Part shown: one piece after another, positions 57,995 to 64,000 of the stretch
How the letters are laid out: the number at the start of each line of letters is the position of its first letter
Position numbering within the stretch: position 1 is the stretch's first letter
Source of the DNA: Pelotomaculum sp. DTU098
GTDB taxonomy: Bacteria; Bacillota; Desulfotomaculia; Desulfotomaculales; Pelotomaculaceae
Direction of reading: 5' to 3'
Length of the DNA: 64,000 bases
NCBI GenBank assembly: GCA_001512635.1
Contig: LFSA01000061.1
Span: forward strand, 747 to 64,746
Notes under the pieces: generated by a model
What the model was told of the DNA's origin: nothing
What the model saw: the letters and a program-made list of their open reading frames with translations, nothing else
Database searches by the model: none
Position numbers and translations under genes: made by a program

Positions 57995-59165
57995 GCACAA
58001 TCCCCTGCGGGGCGTTTTTGTAAAAGACCAGGTTTTCAGCCTGGCCCGGTTGGGATGCCAGGTCAAAGTGGTTTCCCCCGTGCCTGCCGCCCCTGCCCCC
58101 ATCAGTTTTTTTGTCAAAAAATGGAAGGGCTATAAGGAAGTTCCGGGAGTGGTGGATGACGGGACAATCCAGGTCCTTCACCCCCGTTACCTGCTCTTGC
58201 CCAGAAACCTGCTTTTTGCCTACAGCGGCTGGTTTTATTACCAGGCCACAAAGAATCTGGTCAAGGAAATCAGCCGTGACTGGCCCTTTGAGCTGATCCA
58301 TGCCCATACGGCCCTGCCGGACGGGTATGCGGGATTGCTCTTAAGCCGTATTCTAAAAAAACCCCTGGTTGTTACCATTCACGGGCGGGACCTGCAGGAT
58401 ACGGTGTTCAGGAACAGCAGGTGCCGTAAGGTCGTTCTGGAGGTGCTGCAAGGAGCTGATGCAGTTGTGAACGTAAGTCATAAACTGGCAGCTTCTTGCA
58501 GGTCCTACCTGGGGGAGGACATTAAAATCAAAGTGATCGGAAACGGGATCAACCTCGGGGAAATCTTCGGGGCTTACAGCCCGCTCAGGGAAAAATATGC
58601 CGGGAGCAAAATCATCCTCTCCGTGGGAAGCTTAAAAAAGACAAAGGGGCACGACATTACCCTGCGGGCTTTTAAAACCATAAGGGAGCAGTTCAACCAG
58701 GTTATCCTTCTGATTATCGGCGGGGGGGAAGAGAGGGAAAACCTGCAGGGCCTGGCCAGGGAACTGGGAATTGACCAGGTAGTTGAGTTTATCCCGCCCC
58801 AGCCCCACAGTAAGGTTATGGAGTACATGTCCCTTTGTGATTTGTTCGTGCTGCCCAGCTGGAATGAAGGCTTCGGGATTGTCTACCTGGAAGCTATGGC
58901 CCACGGCAAACCCGTCATAGGTGTCAAGGGGCAGGGTATTTCTGATGTCATCCAAAACGGGATCAACGGTTTGCTGGTCGAACCCCATGATGAGCATGAT
59001 CTGGCCCGGGCCATCCTCGGCCTGCTGAACAACGGGAATTACGCCCTGAGCCTGGGCAAAAGGGCCAGGGACACGGTGCTGCAGGATTATACCTGGGACT
59101 GCATCGCCCGGAAGCTTCTGGATCTTTATCGCTCCCTTAGAGCCGGGGGGAACGCGGGTGTTTAA
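57957..59165 (+). CDS. Glycosyltransferase family 4 (GT-B, retaining)
   Basis: 402 aa starting (M)RVLCLSNLYP. The C-terminal Glycos_transf_1 domain carries the E-x7-E motif (EGFGIVYLEAMAHGKPVI). Confidence 0.85.
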   Translation: MRVLCLSNLYPNKHNPLRGVFVKDQVFSLARLGCQVKVVSPVPAAPAPISFFVKKWKGYKEVPGVVDDGTIQVLHPRYLLLPRNLLFAYSGWFYYQATKNLVKEISRDWPFELIHAHTALPDGYAGLLLSRILKKPLVVTIHGRDLQDTVFRNSRCRKVVLEVLQGADAVVNVSHKLAASCRSYLGEDIKIKVIGNGINLGEIFGAYSPLREKYAGSKIILSVGSLKKTKGHDITLRAFKTIREQFNQVILLIIGGGEERENLQGLARELGIDQVVEFIPPQPHSKVMEYMSLCDLFVLPSWNEGFGIVYLEAMAHGKPVIGVKGQGISDVIQNGINGLLVEPHDEHDLARAILGLLNNGNYALSLGKRARDTVLQDYTWDCIARKLLDLYRSLRAGGNAGV

Positions 59166-59787
59166 GCGGATTTTAGTGCTGGCCCCCCATACGGACGACG
59201 GCGAGCTGGGTTGCGGCGGCGCAGTGGCAAGATTCCTGGATGAGGGCAGGGAGGTTTACCAGGCCGTATTTTCATCAGCCGCCAGGTCGCTGCCGGCAGG
59301 TCTCCCCCCCGATACCCTGGTCCGGGAATGGAAAGCCGCCACTTCCACCCTGGGCATCCCCGCGGGAAGCTTGATCAGGTACGAGTTCCCGGTCCGGGAA
59401 TTTCCGGCCTGGCGCCAGGAGATCCTGGAAAAACTTATCATCCTGCGGCGGGAGCTGGAACCTGATCTGGTTTTGCTGCCGGCCCTGGAAGATCTCCACC
59501 AGGACCACCGGACAATTGCCCGGGAAGGGATCAGGGCCTTTAAACAGGTATCTGTCCTGGGCTACGAGCTGCCCTGGAATAATCTCGAGTTCAAGAACAA
59601 TTGCTTTATCGTCCTGCAGGAGTCTCACCTGCAAAAAAAAGCTGCGGCCCTGGCCTGTTACCGTTCCCAGCGGCACAGAATATACTGCCGAAAAGAGTTT
59701 GTGCTGAACCTGGCCGGGGTAAGGGGAGCCCAAATAGGAGCTGACTTTGCAGAATTGTTTAGTCTGATACGCCTGGTAATTAAGTGA
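59158..59787 (+). CDS. PIG-L/LmbE family de-N-acetylase
   Basis: 209 aa with the motifs AHTDDGELGCGG and HQDH typical of the PIG-L zinc deacetylases. The GTG start overlaps the preceding stop by 8 nt. Confidence 0.8.
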   Translation: MFKRILVLAPHTDDGELGCGGAVARFLDEGREVYQAVFSSAARSLPAGLPPDTLVREWKAATSTLGIPAGSLIRYEFPVREFPAWRQEILEKLIILRRELEPDLVLLPALEDLHQDHRTIAREGIRAFKQVSVLGYELPWNNLEFKNNCFIVLQESHLQKKAAALACYRSQRHRIYCRKEFVLNLAGVRGAQIGADFAELFSLIRLVIK

Positions 59788-60043
59788 CATACTCCCGGCA
59801 CCTGAAGAGGTGGGGCTCCCTGGGACCTACCAGCTTAAGGCCGGTAGAATTACCAGGCCACCCCTCTCTGTCCAGGGGTTCTTTGCTATCCCAGCCCCCA
59901 CATGGCTTATAAGGGGCAAACCTGCTCAGCGAAAGGGCGTGCCTGCCTGCTTGACGATAGCAATACCCGGAATTTAGAGCAGTTAAAGAACTTTGATTTA
60001 TTTTTCTGCCAGGGCAAAAATCCGGCCATAGGAGTATCCGCCA

Positions 60044-61015
60044 ATGCGCACAGCATCCATTTTAATTTCCCTTATGGGCTTTTTAATCGTTTTCCTTATC
60101 CTTACTGGTTATGCCAGAGTGAATGAAATAAAGGAAGCCGTGGAATCGTTGCAAACCCGCCCAGCAGGGGAAAAAAGCTCTTTTAGTTTCGCCGTTTTAG
60201 GGGATTCCAGCACCGTACCCGGCTGCCCTGAATGCCAGGGAAATGCGGTGCTGGCGAAACTGGTCCAGAAAATCAATCAAAATCCACCTGATTTTATTGT
60301 TTACACCGGAGACGGTCCGGAGCAGGGTGGTCCAATTCTTTACCTGCAGGCTTTCCGATACTATCTGGATGAATTAAAGGCTCCCTGGTACCCGGTTCTG
60401 GGTAACCATGAAATTATGCGGGGGGCCGCAGCGGACGGCTCTAAAGGCGACGGAGAAGAAAACTATATCAGTGTTTTTAAAGACAAACTACCGGTTAAGG
60501 ATAACAGGGGTAAACAAGTCTGTTATTACTCCTTTGATCTTTATGATTGTCATTTTATTGTTCTTAACACAGCCTGGCAGCACAGGAAGGAAAGTGGAAC
60601 GAAGGGACTCTACCCGGGAGGAGCTCAGTGGAAGTGGTTTGTTAACGATTTGCAGAAAGCAAGCCAGAAGAGCAGGCATATATTTATTTTCACCCACGAA
60701 CCCCCGCTGCTGCCCGGTATCTTCAGGTTTGACAATAAACACATCCACAGGGACCGCTGGTTGAACACCACCTGGAACAATCCCCAAACAGCTGCCGCCT
60801 TCCTTCAATTGTGCCGGGACTACGGCGTGGAAGCTGTTTTTTCGGGGCACTATCACGGCTATTTGAAGTTCAAGGATGGCGCAAGCACGCACATCATCAG
60901 CGGGGTAGCGGGGTCCGTCCTGCACGTGCCCGCATTGCTGGGCGGTTATTATCATTACATCCTGTGCTCGGTCAACGGGGACCGGGTTACCTACGAAGTC
61001 ATCCGGCTAGATTAA
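60044..61015 (+). CDS. Membrane-anchored metallophosphoesterase (calcineurin-like)
   Basis: 323 aa with an N-terminal TM and the motifs GDSS, GDGPE, GNHE, FTHEPP and GHYHGY. An AGGAG SD lies upstream. Confidence 0.75.
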   Translation: MRTASILISLMGFLIVFLILTGYARVNEIKEAVESLQTRPAGEKSSFSFAVLGDSSTVPGCPECQGNAVLAKLVQKINQNPPDFIVYTGDGPEQGGPILYLQAFRYYLDELKAPWYPVLGNHEIMRGAAADGSKGDGEENYISVFKDKLPVKDNRGKQVCYYSFDLYDCHFIVLNTAWQHRKESGTKGLYPGGAQWKWFVNDLQKASQKSRHIFIFTHEPPLLPGIFRFDNKHIHRDRWLNTTWNNPQTAAAFLQLCRDYGVEAVFSGHYHGYLKFKDGASTHIISGVAGSVLHVPALLGGYYHYILCSVNGDRVTYEVIRLD

Positions 61016-61028
61016 AGGAGGAAGTTGC

Positions 61029-63953
61029 TTGGACAAAAAACAATTGCTTGTCATATCCGGCCTGGACATCTGGTCGATGGGAAAAGGTAAGGGTGCCCAG
61101 TCACTGTATCAAACACTGGTGGGTTACGCGGGCAACGGCTGGCAGGTACATTTTCTGACCGGCAACAAAAGCAGGGATTCTGTCTACGACATCCATCCCA
61201 ATATCCGCATTTACAGGTTTGATCTGCCGGTAATAAAATCCTTCTATTCCAGACGGGTGCTCAGCCACCTGGCCAAGAACCTCTGGTGGCTAGTTTTTCA
61301 GATTGTCGCGCTGGTTTACGGAATGATCCTGGCTCACCGTGAAAAAATCGACCTCTTTTATGGCTACGATACACTGGGCGTACCCTGCGGCTGGCTGCTG
61401 GCCAAAATCTACAGAAAATCCTTTATTTCCAGGTTCCAGGGTACGACCATCGGCTATTTCAAACACCAGAGGCTGTGGCGGCTAAAGTACTGGGATCAAA
61501 TTCTGGCCCTGAAGATTCCCTCTGACCTGTTGATTATGACCAATGACGGCCAGGAAGAGGATAAACTCTTAAAATCCCTGGGGGTAGACATGTCCCGGGT
61601 CAAATTCTGGATGAACGGGATTAACAAAGATTTTTCCCTGCCGGCCGGTTTTGACCCGCAGGCCTTCAAAAGAAACCTGGGCCTGGCCAGCGATGAAAAG
61701 GTTGTTCTCACTGTGAACCGGCTGCACAAGTGGAAAAGAATCGATCGCATCATTCGGGCCATGCCAGTAATCCTCGAGCGGGAACCCCGGGCCAGGCTGG
61801 TGATTGCCGGCGCAGGGGAGGAGTACGAACGCCTCGTAGCCCTGGCAGCTGAATTGAAAATAACTGAAAAAATAGTGTTTGCCGGGTCCGTGGCCCATGA
61901 AGAAGTGCCAAAGTACCTGGCCCTGGCTGATGTTTTTGTTTCTTGCAATGATTCCGCCAATATCGGCAACCCCCTGCTGGAGGCAATGATCGCAGGTAAA
62001 TGCATTGTAACCCTAAACAACGGGTCAACTGGTGAATTAATCAAGAACAACGTCACCGGAATGCTCATTGAAATGGACCAGCTTGAAACCATGGGCCCTG
62101 TCATCGCAGACCTGCTGGGAAATGAACAAAAGCGGGCCGCCCTGGGCCACCAGGCGCAGGCTTTTGCCCAAAAGCATTTATGGACCTGGCAGGAACGTAT
62201 GGAGGCGGAACTGGCCCTGGCCAACCAGATGGTTGAACGTAAAGAGGGCCCGGGAGATAAAACCCCGGTATTTCTGATGAGCTCGGTCCACAGCTGGGAC
62301 GACCCGCGTGTTTTCTATAAGGAAGCCATGACCTTGAAGCAGTACTACAGTGTAGAGCTGCATGCCCCGGCTCCCTTCAGATACCGGGAGGTGGACGGGG
62401 TGCGGGTCTACGGCTTGAAACGCTACCGCCGGCGCATCTTCCGCTTTCTGAACTGGCTGCGCCTGGCTGTGCGCGCCTTGCGCTCCAGGGCAAGGGTTTA
62501 CCATTTCCACGACCCTGAATTAATCCCCCTGGGGATCATGCTTAAACTGTTGAAGCGGCAGAAAGTGGTCTATGACGTCCACGAACATAACAATGTGACC
62601 ATCCTGACCAGGGAATGGCTGCCCAGACCCCTGCGGGGCATCGCCGCTGCCCTGGTAGACCGGCTGGAGCGGGCTTCGGCGGGATTTTTCAGCGGCGTAA
62701 TAACGGCTGACGCAGAACTGGCCCGGATATTCTCAGGTGCCCGCCTGGTAACGGTGGTCCGCAACTTTCCCCTGGCTTCCTTCGGCCAGGACTACCTGGA
62801 TGACGGGAAGACCAGCGAAGCACCCGGCAAGGACCCGGTGGTTATCTATGTGGGAGTCATGGGGAAGGAGCGAGGTCTGGAAACGGTCCTGGAAACCATG
62901 CCCCTGGTGCGGGAAAAAATTCCCGAAGCCCGCTGCCTGCTGGTGGGGAGGGTCAGCTTCAAAGGACTTTCTTCCCTCAGCCGGAAAAAGCTGAAGGAGC
63001 TTGAGGAAGAGGGGACAATACAGATTACCGGGCAGGTGAGCTATGAGGATGTCATGGGATTCCTTGCCCGGAGCAGCGTGGGCTGGACACCCTTTCCTCC
63101 CATTTTAAAGCACCGCTGGGGGATTGGCACAAAACTGGTTGAATACATGGCCATGTCCCTGCCCGTCGTGGCTTCGGAGTACGGGGAAGGGGCCGAAGTG
63201 GTCAGGGCGGAAAACTGCGGGCTCCTGGTACCGCCTTTAGATCCCGCAGCTCACGCCGGGGCAGTGATCAGGCTTCTAACTGACCGGGAACTGGCCGGAG
63301 AGCTGGGCCGCAACGGGCGGGAGGCTTTTTTGGCAAGGTATAACTGGGAAAGCCAGGCCGTAAGGCTGCTGGAGTTTTACAGGGCACTGCTGCAAAGGGA
63401 AGAATATGAACCGCTGCGCAGTTATATCAGGGAAGACCTGTCCAGGGCCATGTCCCCGGTGGCAGATCGAAGCATCTGGGTCAAGGTGGGCAGGTTCCTT
63501 CAGAAACCCGGCATCTGGGCTGTTCTGGGCTATCGCCTGGGCCGCTACCTCTACCAGCGCCGCTGCCTGCCGGCACGCTTGCTCCTGGTGCTGTACCGGA
63601 TCCTGGCCCTGCTCCCGCTAAAACTGATCACCGGGATTGAAATCTACCCGGAAACAAAGATTGGCAGCGGTTTTTACATCGAACACTACGGGGGCATTTT
63701 TATCGCCCCCACCGCAGTCATCGGGCGCAACTGCACAATCTTCCATGGCGTCACCGTGGGCGCCAACCTGGGAGGGCAAAAGGCTGGGGTGATTGGAGAC
63801 AATGTTATTATCTGTGCCGGAGCCAAAGTCATTGGCGATATCGTGGTGGGCGACAATGTTATCATCGGCGCCAACAGCGTGGTAACAAAGGACGTTGAGG
63901 CCAACACGGTGGTGGCCGGGGTACCGGCTGTGGTTATCCGGAGGAAAGAATAA
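61029..63953 (+). CDS. Three-domain fusion: GT4 glycosyltransferase + second GT4-like glycosyltransferase + serine-acetyltransferase-family (hexapeptide) O-acetyltransferase
   Basis: 974 aa. Domain 1 (about 61029-62260) has NRLHKWKRID...GNPLLEAMIAGKCIV. Domain 2 (about 62263-63395) has VGVMGKERGL...GTKLVEYMAMSLPVV. Domain 3 (about 63400-63953) has LbH repeats IGSGFYIEHYGGIFI...IGDNVIICAGAKVIGDIVVGDNVIIGANSVV. TTG start follows an AAGGAGGA SD. Confidence 0.8.
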   Translation: MDKKQLLVISGLDIWSMGKGKGAQSLYQTLVGYAGNGWQVHFLTGNKSRDSVYDIHPNIRIYRFDLPVIKSFYSRRVLSHLAKNLWWLVFQIVALVYGMILAHREKIDLFYGYDTLGVPCGWLLAKIYRKSFISRFQGTTIGYFKHQRLWRLKYWDQILALKIPSDLLIMTNDGQEEDKLLKSLGVDMSRVKFWMNGINKDFSLPAGFDPQAFKRNLGLASDEKVVLTVNRLHKWKRIDRIIRAMPVILEREPRARLVIAGAGEEYERLVALAAELKITEKIVFAGSVAHEEVPKYLALADVFVSCNDSANIGNPLLEAMIAGKCIVTLNNGSTGELIKNNVTGMLIEMDQLETMGPVIADLLGNEQKRAALGHQAQAFAQKHLWTWQERMEAELALANQMVERKEGPGDKTPVFLMSSVHSWDDPRVFYKEAMTLKQYYSVELHAPAPFRYREVDGVRVYGLKRYRRRIFRFLNWLRLAVRALRSRARVYHFHDPELIPLGIMLKLLKRQKVVYDVHEHNNVTILTREWLPRPLRGIAAALVDRLERASAGFFSGVITADAELARIFSGARLVTVVRNFPLASFGQDYLDDGKTSEAPGKDPVVIYVGVMGKERGLETVLETMPLVREKIPEARCLLVGRVSFKGLSSLSRKKLKELEEEGTIQITGQVSYEDVMGFLARSSVGWTPFPPILKHRWGIGTKLVEYMAMSLPVVASEYGEGAEVVRAENCGLLVPPLDPAAHAGAVIRLLTDRELAGELGRNGREAFLARYNWESQAVRLLEFYRALLQREEYEPLRSYIREDLSRAMSPVADRSIWVKVGRFLQKPGIWAVLGYRLGRYLYQRRCLPARLLLVLYRILALLPLKLITGIEIYPETKIGSGFYIEHYGGIFIAPTAVIGRNCTIFHGVTVGANLGGQKAGVIGDNVIICAGAKVIGDIVVGDNVIIGANSVVTKDVEANTVVAGVPAVVIRRKE

Positions 63954-63996
63954 GCAGGAGGGCAGACCCGAAAAAACGGGTTTGCCCTCCTGCTTT
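63954..63996 (+). terminator. Terminator hairpin after the fusion gene
   Basis: GCAGGAGGGCAGACCCG (63954-63970) pairs with CGGGTTTGCCCTCCTGC (63977-63993) around an A6 loop, followed by TTT. Confidence 0.7.
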
Positions 63997-64000
63997 AGAG

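Noticed and set aside
59902-60126. 74-aa ORF in the gap upstream of the metallophosphoesterase.
   Set aside because: It has no SD and overlaps the well-supported start (AGGAG SD, ATG 60044) of the next gene in another frame. Its composition is not protein-like.

Overview
This window looks like a chromosomal segment from a spore-forming Firmicute (Clostridia, Peptococcaceae-like; coding GC is moderate to high). About 47 kb is a conserved housekeeping block. As I recall it, the gene order closely follows Bacillus subtilis: ruvCAB, queH, spoIID, queA-tgt-yajC, secDF, recJ-apt-relA-dtd, T-box-hisS-aspS, 6S RNA, tcdA, rarA, Rrf2-iscU-mnmA, alaS-ireB-ruvX-DUF1292-mltG-U32 peptidase-PBP. After it come a minus-strand TRAP transporter operon (dctPQM), a very A+T-rich gene-poor stretch of about 1 kb, and a Wzx/Wzy-type polysaccharide cluster that runs to the window end. 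That cluster holds ugd, a capD-like dehydratase, a UDP-HexNAc dehydrogenase, a DegT aminotransferase, flippase, polymerase, glycosyltransferases, a PIG-L deacetylase, a metallophosphoesterase and a GT-GT-acetyltransferase fusion. I found no tRNA, rRNA, CRISPR array, IS element, prophage or recognisable defence system, and no convincing new multi-gene system. Five items deserve a second look. (1) A glutaredoxin-like gene missing from the ORF track, whose first active-site Cys codon is an in-frame TGA followed by a SECIS-like hairpin; it is a candidate selenoprotein. (2) A 6S RNA candidate between aspS and tcdA. (3) An array of six GGTGCCT heptamers next to a 24-nt motif that recurs inverted 8.9 kb away. 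(4) Non-canonical structured leaders upstream of alaS and the CDF exporter. (5) A three-domain glycosyltransferase/acetyltransferase fusion. All functional calls rest on reading motifs in the supplied translations and on remembered family signatures. No database search was run.
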